In this document: positions 55,838 to 64,000 of the stretch, one piece after another | Position numbering within the stretch: position 1 is the stretch's first letter | How the letters are laid out: every line of letters starts with the position of its first letter | NCBI GenBank assembly: GCA_038065475.1 | Contig: JBBTQY010000015.1 | Coordinates: 6,608-70,607, forward strand | Direction of reading: 5' to 3' | Source: Patescibacteria group bacterium | GTDB taxonomy: Bacteria; Patescibacteriota; Minisyncoccia; Ryanbacterales; GWA2-47-10b | Length of the DNA: 64,000 nucleotides | Translations under genes and position numbers: made by a program | The notes under the pieces: model-generated | Seen by the model: only the letters and a program-made list of their open reading frames with translations | The model's database searches: none | Told to the model about the DNA's origin: nothing

Positions 55838-55900
55838 CTAAAAACCTCCGCCAAGCGGAGGTTCCAAATTCTCCGGCTTTGTAAATTCTTGTGTGGTCAT
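55838..55900 (-). pseudogene. Truncated duplicate (copy C) of the 5' end of gene 53541..53993
   Basis: It reads atgaccacacaagaatttacaaagccggagaatttggaa (identical to 53955-53993), then cctccgcttggcggaggtttttag, which forms a hairpin. Confidence 0.5.
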
Positions 55901-55929
55901 AGATAAAAATTATTTTTAGCTAATAAAAA

Positions 55930-56502
55930 TTAATTTTCATAGCCTAGCGTGCGATCGTTAGCGACAAGATGATATTTGCTTCCGCCAACATCTACTAAAA
56001 GCTCTATATCGTAAGGTCCTACGGGATGAGTAACTTTTTTATATTCAAGTTTAACAATGACATCCTCGCCTTCTTTAACTAGCAATGGAACATCTTCGAG
56101 AACAATATAAAGTTTTTTTCGGAAACTAGCCCAATCAAATACTTGAACACCAAGAACAGACTTACCGAAGTCTTCGAGCTCAGATTTTAAAGCGTCGAGG
56201 GAATATTTATAAAAAGCTTTTTTGATTTCTTGAGATAATATCTCACTCCAAATATTATTATCTATGTATTTACTAGCTTTTGCGAGCACATAAATCTCGT
56301 TTAGTATTTTCTCTGCATCTTTTGTAAGAAATGCATGGCATATCCAATTTCTATAAAATCTTATTACCTTAAAATTCGATTGTCGACCTGGAACCAATTC
56401 CAAATACTTACAAATTCCCACTAAAACATAAATTATGTCTTGTTCTGAATATGATGTTTGGGTAAAAATATTTTTAGTCTTATCTAAAATTACTGATTTC
56501 AT
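55930..56502 (-). CDS. Hypothetical protein (190 aa, AT-rich), no recognisable family
   Basis: A long ORF with a terminator downstream (aaagccccgcagggcggggctttt, 56519-56542). It sits directly upstream of rpsJ. Confidence 0.45.
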   Translation of the reverse strand: MKSVILDKTKNIFTQTSYSEQDIIYVLVGICKYLELVPGRQSNFKVIRFYRNWICHAFLTKDAEKILNEIYVLAKASKYIDNNIWSEILSQEIKKAFYKYSLDALKSELEDFGKSVLGVQVFDWASFRKKLYIVLEDVPLLVKEGEDVIVKLEYKKVTHPVGPYDIELLVDVGGSKYHLVANDRTLGYEN

Positions 56503-56552
56503 AAAGCTCTCTAGAAAACAAAAGCCCCGCAGGGCGGGGCTTTTGGTCTCGT

Positions 56553-56885
56553 TTACATCTTTACCTCTACATCAACACCGGCAGGAAGGTTGAGGTTGGT
56601 GAGCGCATCGATGATCTTGGGCGTTGGGTCCTTGATATCGACAATGCGCTTGTGCACGCGCATCTCAAACTGTTCGCGAGCGTTTTTGTGCACGAATGTC
56701 GAGCGGTTTACTGTGTACTTACGGATTTCCGTAGGCAGCGGCACCGGCCCTACAATCTCGCCTCCGTACCTGCGCGCGGTCTCTACAATCTGCTTTACCG
56801 ACGCGTCGATGACCTTGTTGTCATACGCGCGGATGCGAATGCGGAGCTTGGTCGCGGTTGGAGTTTTGTCTGCTGCTCGTGCCAT
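56553..56885 (-). CDS. rpsJ: 30S ribosomal protein S10
   Basis: ...[40 protein letters not shown]... is the canonical S10 sequence. Confidence 0.9.
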   Translation of the reverse strand: MARAADKTPTATKLRIRIRAYDNKVIDASVKQIVETARRYGGEIVGPVPLPTEIRKYTVNRSTFVHKNAREQFEMRVHKRIVDIKDPTPKIIDALTNLNLPAGVDVEVKM

Positions 56886-56909
56886 GTGATGTGTTAGTAA
56901 GGGTTAGAA

Positions 56910-58106
56910 TTATTTGCTGATTTTAGTTACAACACCAGCACCTACCGTCTTACCACCCTCGCGGATAGCAAAGCGCTGTTTTTCTTCGAGTGCTACGGCC
57001 TGTACGAGTTTTACTTGGAACTTCATCGTATCACCTGGCATAACCATCTCGGTGCCCTGTGGAAGGGTTACCTCGCCTGTTACGTCAGTGGTGCGGATGT
57101 AAAACTGTGGCTTGTAGCCAGCGAAAAATGGCGTGTGGCGTCCACCTTCATCTTTGGTGAGGATATATACCTCAGCTTCAAACTCGGTGTGAGGGGTGAC
57201 TGATCCTGGCTTTGCCAAAACCTGACCGCGCTCAACATCTTCTTTTTTGAGACCACGAAGCAAGAGACCAGCGTTGTCACCTGCCTGACCCTCGTCAAGA
57301 GATTTATTGAACATTTCGATACCGGTCACCACAGTCTTTTGTGTGTCGCGGATACCAATGATTTCAATTTCCTCGCCTACTTTTACCTGACCGCGCTCGA
57401 TCTTACCGGTAACCACGGTGCCACGTCCTTCAATCGAGAAGACGTCTTCTACTGGCATCAAGAATGGCTTTTGGAGATCGCGAACTGGCTCAGGGATATA
57501 GGTATCGAGCTGATGGGTAAGCTCAAGCACTGCCTTGACCGCTGGGTCTTCGGCTGACTTGCCTTCCAATGCCTTGAGAGCTGAGCCGCGGATGATTGGG
57601 GTCTTGTCACCTGGGTATTCGTACTTGGTGAGAAGGTCACGAATTTCCTGCTCGACAAGGTCGATAAGCTCTGGATCGTCTACTGCATCGCACTTGTTGA
57701 GAAATACGATGATTGAGGGTACACCTACCTGCTTTGCAAGCAAGATGTGCTCGCGCGTCTGAGGCATAGGGCCATCAGTTGCGGCTACCACGAGCACTGC
57801 GCCATCCATCTGGGCGGCACCCGTGATCATGTTTTTGATATAGTCGGCGTGTCCCGGCGCATCGATGTGCGCATAGTGGCGAACTGCCGACTCATATTCT
57901 GAGTGGTGGAGTGCAATAGTAATACCACGCGCCCGCTCCTCGGGTGCGTTGTCAATCTGGCTCACATCCTCAACACGCACCTTGTTTCCGGCGAGTGCCA
58001 AGCTATGGAGAATTGCCGCCGTCAAAGTAGTCTTACCGTGGTCGACGTGACCAATGGTGCCTACGTTGAGGTGCGGTTTTGAACGGTCAAATTTTTCCGC
58101 TGCCAT
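56910..58106 (-). CDS. tuf: Elongation factor Tu
   Basis: A 398-aa ORF with [18 protein letters not shown] and NKCD motifs. Confidence 0.95.
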   Translation of the reverse strand: MAAEKFDRSKPHLNVGTIGHVDHGKTTLTAAILHSLALAGNKVRVEDVSQIDNAPEERARGITIALHHSEYESAVRHYAHIDAPGHADYIKNMITGAAQMDGAVLVVAATDGPMPQTREHILLAKQVGVPSIIVFLNKCDAVDDPELIDLVEQEIRDLLTKYEYPGDKTPIIRGSALKALEGKSAEDPAVKAVLELTHQLDTYIPEPVRDLQKPFLMPVEDVFSIEGRGTVVTGKIERGQVKVGEEIEIIGIRDTQKTVVTGIEMFNKSLDEGQAGDNAGLLLRGLKKEDVERGQVLAKPGSVTPHTEFEAEVYILTKDEGGRHTPFFAGYKPQFYIRTTDVTGEVTLPQGTEMVMPGDTMKFQVKLVQAVALEEKQRFAIREGGKTVGAGVVTKISK

Positions 58107-58175
58107 AGTGAAAAAGCGATTAAAACTAGTAATTATTAGATAACGCCAATGATAGTGAAAATACCCTCCCCTGTC

Positions 58176-58275
58176 AATCCCGTTACATTTTTACTAGGCA
58201 TGATTTATAGAAAGTGCCTGTTTAATATCTAATAATCCCAATGCCACAAAAGAAAACCCAAAAAAATGTAACGGG
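58176..58275. repeat. 14-bp perfect inverted repeat pair flanking about 72 nt, upstream of tuf
   Basis: cccgttacattttt (58176-58189) and aaaaatgtaacggg (58262-58275). Confidence 0.3.
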
Positions 58276-58464
58276 ATCAAATCAGGGCTTTGGGACTTCC
58301 CTCACAATGGAAGGTCGTCGGCCGTCGCATCAGTGCGCTCGAGGTCTTCGGTAGCCAGTTCTTCGGCAAAAGAGAAGTCACCGTCTACCTCGCGCTCATC
58401 AAAACCTTGGGGCTCGTGTGCCATATACAAAGCATAGCTTAGAAAAAATCAATATAAAAGAAGA

Positions 58465-58490
58465 ACAGCGGAGCCCGTGGGGGCTCCGCT
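58465..58490 (-). terminator. Rho-independent terminator of the GC-rich secreted-protein gene
   Basis: cagcggagccc-gtgg-gggctccgctg, followed on the minus strand by a U-rich tract (the plus strand reads aaaaaatcaatataaaagaagaa upstream). Confidence 0.5.
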
Positions 58491-58555
58491 GTGGTGCGGG
58501 GTGTTCGCGGGGGTGCGAACGAGAGAACGGGGGAACGGGGGAACGAGAAGCTTCG

Positions 58556-59164
58556 TCAGCTGGTCGTGCGCGCCTGCGGGTCGTTCGAGCTGTGGCCCGG
58601 AACCCTGGCGAGTGCGCCGATGTCGTGCGGGCTGCCGCGCGAGCCGTCGTCGATGCCGGCGAAGGTGATGCTGCCGACGAGGATGCCGGCCGCGGTGGTG
58701 CTGATGGCGCCGCTGGCACCCGTGTCGTCGTAGAACGCCGTGCAGATCATCGTCTCGCAGACGCCGAGGCCAGCCTGGGCCATGGTCGTCGCGGTGGTGA
58801 GGTCGGCCTTCTTGCCGCCCTGCATGAACTGGTACACGCCGGACTCGGTCTTGGTCAGCTCGATGGCCGCGCCGGTCTGGTTGGTGTCGATCGTGCCGCT
58901 GCTCTGGGTCACGGTGGGCTCGGTCCAGTCGAAGGCGATCAGATCGCCTGCCATGAGCTCCACGCGCGGGACGAGCGCGATGTCGCGCTGGATGTTGTCG
59001 TCCGGGCCGGTGTCGATCATGCGGCCGATGTACGTCGAACCGGTGTTCGTCTGCTCCGTGCCCACGCCGAGCGGGACGAGCAGGCCGAGGGCCACGATCA
59101 TCGCCACAGCGATGGTCCACGGAGCGTAGGTGCCGATGCGGAACCGCTTGATGCTCTGGGTCAT
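58556..59164 (-). CDS. GC-rich hypothetical secreted or membrane-anchored protein, Thr/Gly-rich
   Basis: A GGAGGA RBS lies 6 nt upstream of the ATG at 59164. An N-terminal signal/anchor is present (MTQSIKRFRIGTYAPWTIAVAMIVALGLLVPLGVG). The overlapping long ORFs in other frames are compositional artefacts. Confidence 0.45.
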   Translation of the reverse strand: MTQSIKRFRIGTYAPWTIAVAMIVALGLLVPLGVGTEQTNTGSTYIGRMIDTGPDDNIQRDIALVPRVELMAGDLIAFDWTEPTVTQSSGTIDTNQTGAAIELTKTESGVYQFMQGGKKADLTTATTMAQAGLGVCETMICTAFYDDTGASGAISTTAAGILVGSITFAGIDDGSRGSPHDIGALARVPGHSSNDPQARTTS

Positions 59165-59330
59165 CTTCTTTCCTCCGTCGTTGTCGAGGAGCTCCCCTGG
59201 TAAGGGGGCTCGGTGGTGGTACTTCCCCCTCACTATACCCAAGCTCGATATTTTCGTCAATATTCCTGTGCAAAAATCAAAAAGCGCCCCTCCGCATACG
59301 CTCCGGACGCTTTTTGGTCAAAATACGTTT

Positions 59331-61442
59331 TTATTTCCTGCCTGCTACGATCTCGGCGGCAACGTTTTTTGGTACTTCTTCGTATGAAGAGAACTCCATA
59401 GTGTATGATCCGCGTCCTTCAGTGCGCGATCTAAGGTTGGTCACATAGCCAAACATCTCTGAGAGCGGTACCTTCGCGTCGATAACCTTGAGATTGAGAC
59501 GGTCTTCCATGCGCTCAATGCGTCCACGCTTACTGTTGATGTCACCGGTCACCTCACCCATGAAGTCTGCGGGCACAATAACCTCCACTTTCATGATTGG
59601 CTCGAGCAATACCGGATCGGCACGCTTGGCAGCTTCCTGGAAGCCCATGGAACCTGCGATCTTAAATGCAGCTTCGTTTGAGTCTACATCATGGTATGAG
59701 CCGTCATAGAGAGTTGCCTTGACGTCAACGATGGGGAAGCCCGCAACCACACCCCTGTCGAGTGATTCACGAATACCTTTTTGTACCGCGGGGATAAATT
59801 CTTGAGGAATCGCGCCGCCCTTGATCTCGTTGATAAATTCAAAGCCTTTACCTGTCTCGTTTGGTTCAACACGCAAGCGCACGTGGCCGTACTGACCGCG
59901 ACCGCCTGACTGTTTGATGTATTTGCCTTCTGCCTCGGCTTTTTTGCGGATAGTTTCTTTGTAAGCTACCTGCGGCTTGCCTACATTTGCCTCGACATTA
60001 AACTCACGCTTCATGCGATCGACAAGAATTTCGAGGTGCAACTCACCCATACCTGAGATAATCGTCTCACCAGTCTCGCCGTTGCTACTGATACGAAATG
60101 TCGGATCTTCTTCAGAAAGACGCTTGAGCGCAAAACCCATACGCTCTTGGTCTGCCTTGGTTTTTGGCTCAATTTTGAGATCTACAACAGGCTCAGGGAA
60201 TATAATTTTTTCTAAAATCACCGGATGCTCAGGATCGGTCAGCGTATCACCAGTAGTAGTTGACTTGAGACCTACAATGGCACCGATCTCACCTGCGTGC
60301 ATTTCTTTTACTTCTTCGCGATGGTTTGCGTGCATACGCAAGATACGGCCTACACGTTCTTTTTGATCTTTAGTTGCATTGTAGATGTACGAACCCGCCT
60401 CGACAACGCCCGAATACACCCGGAAATAAGTAAGCTGACCTACAAAAGGATCAGTCTGCAATTTGAACGCAAGCGCGGAAAATGGAGCCTCATCAGATGT
60501 CTCGCGGATGATATCGGCGTCAGTATTTGGATCTTTACCTGTGACTGGCGGCCTGTCCAAAGGACTTGGCAAGTAGTCTACGACACCATCAAGCATCAAC
60601 TGCACGCCTTTATTTTTGAGTGCTGACCCGCAAAATACCGGCACAATCTTGTATCCGATAGTGGCAGCGCGCAAAGCTTTTTGTAATTTATCAAAAGAAA
60701 TTTCTTTGCCTTCCAAATATTGTTCCGTGAGTGCATCATCAGTCTCGACAATCTTTTCGAGCAAAATATGGCGAAACTTATCTGCTTCAGCTTTGAAATC
60801 TGCAGGGATTTCTTCTATCACAATCTTCTCGCCATGATCACCATGAAAACGAAAGGCCTTCATGCGCAAAAGATCAATCACACCTGCAAAATCTGATTCG
60901 AGACCAATTGGGAGCTGCACCGCAACTGCGTTTGGAGTTAAACGTTCAATGATCGAGTTAAAACTGCGCTCAAATGATGCGCCCGTGCGATCAAGCTTGT
61001 TGATGAAACACATGCGCGGCACTTTGTACTTGTCTGCCTGACGCCATACCGTTTCTGACTGAGGCTCTACGCCTGCCACACCGTCAAATACCACCACGCC
61101 ACCGTCGAGCACGCGAAGTGAGCGCTCTACCTCTACGGTGAAGTCTACGTGGCCAGGGGTATCGATGATGTTGATGCGATATTCGTGATCTTTATTTTTA
61201 TGTGCGTCAGGAAGGTACGTCGGGCGCCAAAAACAAGTGGTAGCAGCTGACGTGATCGTGATACCACGCTCACGCTCTTGTTCCATCCAGTCCATAACTG
61301 CTTCACCTTCGTGTACCTCGCCGATTTTGTGCGATACACCGGTGTAAAACAAAACACGCTCGGAGACCGTGGTCTTGCCAGCATCGATATGAGCAATAAT
61401 GCCAATATCACGGATACGCTCGAGAGGATAGTCGCGTGCCAT
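59331..61442 (-). CDS. fusA: Elongation factor G
   Basis: A 703-aa ORF with [17 protein letters not shown] and the canonical domains IV and V. Confidence 0.95.
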   Translation of the reverse strand: MARDYPLERIRDIGIIAHIDAGKTTVSERVLFYTGVSHKIGEVHEGEAVMDWMEQERERGITITSAATTCFWRPTYLPDAHKNKDHEYRINIIDTPGHVDFTVEVERSLRVLDGGVVVFDGVAGVEPQSETVWRQADKYKVPRMCFINKLDRTGASFERSFNSIIERLTPNAVAVQLPIGLESDFAGVIDLLRMKAFRFHGDHGEKIVIEEIPADFKAEADKFRHILLEKIVETDDALTEQYLEGKEISFDKLQKALRAATIGYKIVPVFCGSALKNKGVQLMLDGVVDYLPSPLDRPPVTGKDPNTDADIIRETSDEAPFSALAFKLQTDPFVGQLTYFRVYSGVVEAGSYIYNATKDQKERVGRILRMHANHREEVKEMHAGEIGAIVGLKSTTTGDTLTDPEHPVILEKIIFPEPVVDLKIEPKTKADQERMGFALKRLSEEDPTFRISSNGETGETIISGMGELHLEILVDRMKREFNVEANVGKPQVAYKETIRKKAEAEGKYIKQSGGRGQYGHVRLRVEPNETGKGFEFINEIKGGAIPQEFIPAVQKGIRESLDRGVVAGFPIVDVKATLYDGSYHDVDSNEAAFKIAGSMGFQEAAKRADPVLLEPIMKVEVIVPADFMGEVTGDINSKRGRIERMEDRLNLKVIDAKVPLSEMFGYVTNLRSRTEGRGSYTMEFSSYEEVPKNVAAEIVAGRK

Positions 61443-61454
61443 ATAGTCAGTAGC

Positions 61455-61925
61455 TTACCACGCGAAGTGGGCGAAGGCCTTGTTGGCTTCCGCCATGCGG
61501 TGAGTATCGAGTTTTTTCTTGATAGCGGTGCCTTCGTTTTTTGATGCAAGCATAAATTCATCAGCAAGACGCTTTGATATCGGCTTGCCTTTCTTGGCGC
61601 GGGAAGCAGCGATGATCCAGCGCATCGCAAGAGTCATACGGCGATCGCCACGTACTTCACGAGGTACCTGATAGTTTGCGCCACCCACGCGGCGAGATTT
61701 TACCTCAACCTGCGGACCTACATTTTCAAGCGCTGCTTTAAAAACCACCATAGGATCTTCGATCTTTTGGATTTTCTTGATCTCGTCGAGCGCATCGTAC
61801 ATGCTGGTACGCGCCGTTGATTTTTTGCCACCGATCATGAGGTGGTTGATAAACTTTGCCAGGGTCTCATCGCCAAACTTTGGATCTGGCATGATATCTC
61901 GTTTGTAATTTCGTTTTCTACGCAT
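61455..61925 (-). CDS. rpsG: 30S ribosomal protein S7
   Basis: Canonical S7 sequence. Confidence 0.9.
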   Translation of the reverse strand: MRRKRNYKRDIMPDPKFGDETLAKFINHLMIGGKKSTARTSMYDALDEIKKIQKIEDPMVVFKAALENVGPQVEVKSRRVGGANYQVPREVRGDRRMTLAMRWIIAASRAKKGKPISKRLADEFMLASKNEGTAIKKKLDTHRMAEANKAFAHFAW

Positions 61926-61944
61926 AAGAAATATTCAGTAGTAA

Positions 61945-62364
61945 TTATGCCTTTGCCTTCGGGCGCTTTGAGCCGTACTTTGAGCGAGCCTGACGGCGAG
62001 TCTCAACACCTGACGCATCGAGTACACCACGAACAATGTGGTAGCGAACACCTGGCAAGTCCTTTACGCGACCACCGCGGATCATGACCACTGAGTGCTC
62101 TTGCAAGTTGTGACCGATACCTGGGATGTACGCGGTTACTTCGGTACCGTTTGAAAGACGTACACGCGCAACTTTACGGATAGCAGAGTTAGGCTTTTTA
62201 GGAGTCTGGGTGGTGACCTTCACACATACGCCACGCTTGAATGGCGAGCTGTGCCATACGCGCTTGTTGTGGATGGTATTAAAACTAAACCGCAAAGCAG
62301 GCGCCTTTGCCTTTTTGGGCACGCGCTTCCTGCCGTGACGAATCAATTGCTGAATAGTTGGCAT
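61945..62364 (-). CDS. rpsL: 30S ribosomal protein S12
   Basis: [14 protein letters not shown]... The start was chosen at MPTIQQ (62364). Confidence 0.9.
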   Translation of the reverse strand: MPTIQQLIRHGRKRVPKKAKAPALRFSFNTIHNKRVWHSSPFKRGVCVKVTTQTPKKPNSAIRKVARVRLSNGTEVTAYIPGIGHNLQEHSVVMIRGGRVKDLPGVRYHIVRGVLDASGVETRRQARSKYGSKRPKAKA

Positions 62365-62398
62365 ATAAAAATGTACCCTCGAGAATAACAAAAAGATG

Positions 62399-62428
62399 AT
62401 GCGGTGTCAAGAAAAATGCCCCCTCCCG
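62399..62428 (-). promoter_or_regulatory. Candidate sigma70-type promoter of the rpsL-rpsG-fusA operon
   Basis: On the minus strand: TTGACA (62428-62423), an 18-nt spacer, then TATTCT (62404-62399). The -35 element overlaps the U-tract of the upstream gene's terminator. Confidence 0.4.
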
Positions 62429-62460
62429 ACGGTTCGGGTAGGGGGCATGGCCTCATGGCT
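62427..62460 (-). terminator. Terminator hairpin of the Cys-rich secreted-protein gene
   Basis: atgccccctcccg ... cgggtagggggcat, followed on the minus strand by TTTTTCTTG. Confidence 0.45.
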
Positions 62461-62485
62461 TCGTCTCGCAGAGATCAGGGCTTGG

Positions 62486-63178
62486 TCAGCCGCAGGCGCA
62501 GGGTACGCCCGAGGTGCTGGGTTTGCACGAGAGCCCGGTGGTGCAGTCGCCACCGCACTGGTTGGTACCGGGGATGAGCCCGCACGGTTGCGAGATCTGC
62601 GGCACACAGCGGCAGATGTCCGCGGCATCGGGCCGACAGACGTCGGTCGTGTCGGGGCAGGTACCACCGCACTGGTGAGGCGCGGTCGGTCCGCAGTCGG
62701 GATTCGGCGGCGTGGTCGTCTTGTAGGCCGGCACGAGAAGTTCACGCGTGGTCGCCTTGCGGTCGATCTGCGCGATTCCCCGTACGAACTGGTCCGAAAC
62801 GCCCTGCGCGAAGTTCGCCTGCGACGGACACCGCATCTTGTAGACGAAGTAGTCCGACTTGAGGTCGACACCCACGGGTGCCTGCCGCGGCACCTTGTCG
62901 ACGGGGATGCAGAGCTTGATGGGTCGCGGCGCCTTGAGCGGCAGCAGCCTGCAGCCGTCCTCGACCGCGAACGGCGGGACCTGGAAGGGGCGCAAGACGA
63001 GCGGGTCGAAGGCGTGCCCCGAGACCTGCAGCTCACCCTTCTTGAAGCCGATCTTGTAGCACTTGAGGTGGTCGAAGAGCGGCCCCGCCTGCGCGAACGC
63101 GCTGGCGGGCAGGATCATGGCCAGGACGGCCATCGTGACGGCCAGCGCCATCGTGGTCAACATTCGCTTCGTTGTCAT
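62486..63178 (-). CDS. GC-rich, Cys-rich secreted hypothetical protein (paralog 1)
   Basis: An AAAGAGGA RBS is present. The signal peptide is MTTKRMLTTMALAVTMAVLAMILPASAFA. Its C-terminus holds more than 14 Cys within Gly/Pro/Thr-rich repeats. It shares the motifs L.CY...GE...C.L...CIP.D with the 63389..63862 protein. Confidence 0.5.
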   Translation of the reverse strand: MTTKRMLTTMALAVTMAVLAMILPASAFAQAGPLFDHLKCYKIGFKKGELQVSGHAFDPLVLRPFQVPPFAVEDGCRLLPLKAPRPIKLCIPVDKVPRQAPVGVDLKSDYFVYKMRCPSQANFAQGVSDQFVRGIAQIDRKATTRELLVPAYKTTTPPNPDCGPTAPHQCGGTCPDTTDVCRPDAADICRCVPQISQPCGLIPGTNQCGGDCTTGLSCKPSTSGVPCACG

Positions 63179-63339
63179 GTATCCTCTTTCTCTCTGTGCC
63201 GTGTTTTTGAAGCACGGCGGGTTCGAAGTTCCGCACCAAACAAAAAAAGGCCTTTCTGCGAGACGAATTTGGAAGGTGCGATACAGCCGCCAATACTACA
63301 GTATTATTAAAAAATGTCAATACAACAACATAAAAAGAA

Positions 63340-63368
63340 CCCCCTCCCAGACGACCCGGGAGGGGGTA
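63340..63368 (-). terminator. Terminator hairpin of paralog 2
   Basis: ccccctccc-(9 nt)-gggaggggg, followed on the minus strand by TTCTTTTTA. Confidence 0.45.
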
Positions 63369-63388
63369 TGCGCGTGAGCGCGTGCGCC

Positions 63389-63862
63389 TTACGGCGAGAA
63401 GATGGTGGCGGGGACCACCACCATGGTGGGCCCGGGCTTGCCGTTGGCCGTTACAAGACCATCACCGAGACGCGAGTCGAGCGCCTCGGTGAAGTCGAGA
63501 CCAGTCTTGCCGCACGCGACCAGGTAAAGCAGGTATGCTGGTGCGTCGAGCGGAGTGCCGTAGGGGCCTTCGTCGGCGGACTGGATGTCGGCCGGGATGC
63601 AGACCATGAAGGGTTTGTGCCTCTTCAGATCGCACTCCTCGTACCCCATTCCGAACCCGGCGGGCTGGACGTAGATCTTGGGTCCCGCGTCGGTCGTGAA
63701 CGTCTCGCCTCTGGTCTTCGCCCGGTAACAGGCCAGACCATCGAAGATGGGGGAATCGGCGTGGGCGAAGGACGCCGCCAGATTGAGAATGCAGACGAGC
63801 GCCGCGATGGCCAGAAAAAGGAGCAGCACGAACCGGAAAGCCACCCAGATTCTTCGGAGCAT
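63389..63862 (-). CDS. GC-rich secreted hypothetical protein (paralog 2)
   Basis: An N-terminal hydrophobic signal is present (VAFRFVLLLFLAIAALVCILNLAASFAHA). LACYRAKTRGE...EECDLKRHKPFMVCIPAD is homologous to paralog 1 (LKCYKIGFKKGE...EDGCRLLPLKAPRPIKLCIPVD). Confidence 0.45.
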   Translation of the reverse strand: MLRRIWVAFRFVLLLFLAIAALVCILNLAASFAHADSPIFDGLACYRAKTRGETFTTDAGPKIYVQPAGFGMGYEECDLKRHKPFMVCIPADIQSADEGPYGTPLDAPAYLLYLVACGKTGLDFTEALDSRLGDGLVTANGKPGPTMVVVPATIFSP

Positions 63863-64000
63863 AACTCGAACCTGCCTTTCTATAGGCTGTGGCTATGCTT
63901 TCGCATAGCGAGTTTGAGGGACTAAACTTTGCACTATTATATCAATAAAATACGTATTTGTCAATAACACCCGAGCATAGCAAAAAAGCGAAAAAACACT

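Noticed and set aside
58418-59273. Long overlapping ORFs (261 aa on the plus strand; 274 aa and 234 aa on the minus strand) in the tuf-fusA GC-rich insert
   Set aside because: Their Arg/Gly/His/Pro-rich low-complexity translations are typical of open frames in GC-rich DNA. Only the frame with an RBS and a signal peptide (58556-59164) was kept.
62396-63320. Plus-strand ORF 62396..63310 and minus-strand ORFs 62407..63036 and 63033..63320 overlapping the Cys-rich secreted-protein gene
   Set aside because: These are compositional artefacts (Arg/Pro-rich). The signal-peptide-bearing frame has an RBS and a terminator.
1-64000. CRISPR arrays, rRNA genes, canonical tRNA genes
   Set aside because: No regularly spaced direct repeats, no rRNA-like conserved blocks, and no tRNA T-loop (GGTTCGANTCC) contexts were seen other than the tmRNA 3' end.

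Overview
This 64-kb window is mostly a minus-strand housekeeping backbone. It carries the aminoacyl-tRNA synthetases glyQS, ileS and argS, then smpB with its tmRNA, the infC-rpmI-rplT operon, pgk-tpiA, a long S10/spc ribosomal-protein cluster (rpsJ through secY, then adk and map), and tuf, fusA, rpsG and rpsL. There is no L30 gene between rpsE and rplO, and the map gene is not followed by infA/rpmJ/rpsM. Together with the small proteins this suggests a reduced-genome bacterium, possibly Candidate Phyla Radiation (CPR)/Patescibacteria; that is inference, not shown by the sequence. The backbone has moderate or low GC content and is interrupted by compact GC-rich islands and accessory modules, which are the most interesting content.

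- **DGR:** a complete diversity-generating retroelement at 23.0-25.6 kb. It has a reverse transcriptase (RT) with the DGR-specific IGxxxSQ-type motif, an Avd-like four-helix protein encoded divergently from the RT, and a template repeat (TR) / variable repeat (VR) pair that differ only at TR adenines. The VR sits at the 3' end of a GC-rich, C-type-lectin-like target gene, with a hairpin just after it and a C10/G10 homopolymer at the avd/RT junction.
- **Insertion in the ribosomal operon:** a 5.4-kb insertion splits the normally contiguous rpsJ|rplC junction. It contains two near-consensus promoter-gene-gene-terminator modules. Each encodes a receiver-domain protein with Glu replacing the phospho-acceptor Asp, plus a small partner protein beginning with a GER-type N-terminal motif. 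It also holds a DUF4258/DUF2283 toxin-antitoxin-like pair, several hypothetical membrane proteins, and three copies of the same gene-start sequence.
- **IleS insertion:** IleS carries an embedded histidine-phosphatase (PGM-like) domain.
- **tmRNA island:** tmRNA with a non-canonical ...AFA tag, followed by a GC-rich island holding an M19 dipeptidase, secreted proteins, and copper-resistance genes (CopC/CopD and neighbouring small His-rich proteins).
- **Other GC-rich inserts:** one between tuf and fusA, and one upstream of rpsL encoding paralogous Cys-rich secreted proteins.
- **secY|adk interval:** a parDE toxin-antitoxin pair plus grpB lies between secY and adk.

No CRISPR array, rRNA gene or canonical tRNA gene was seen.
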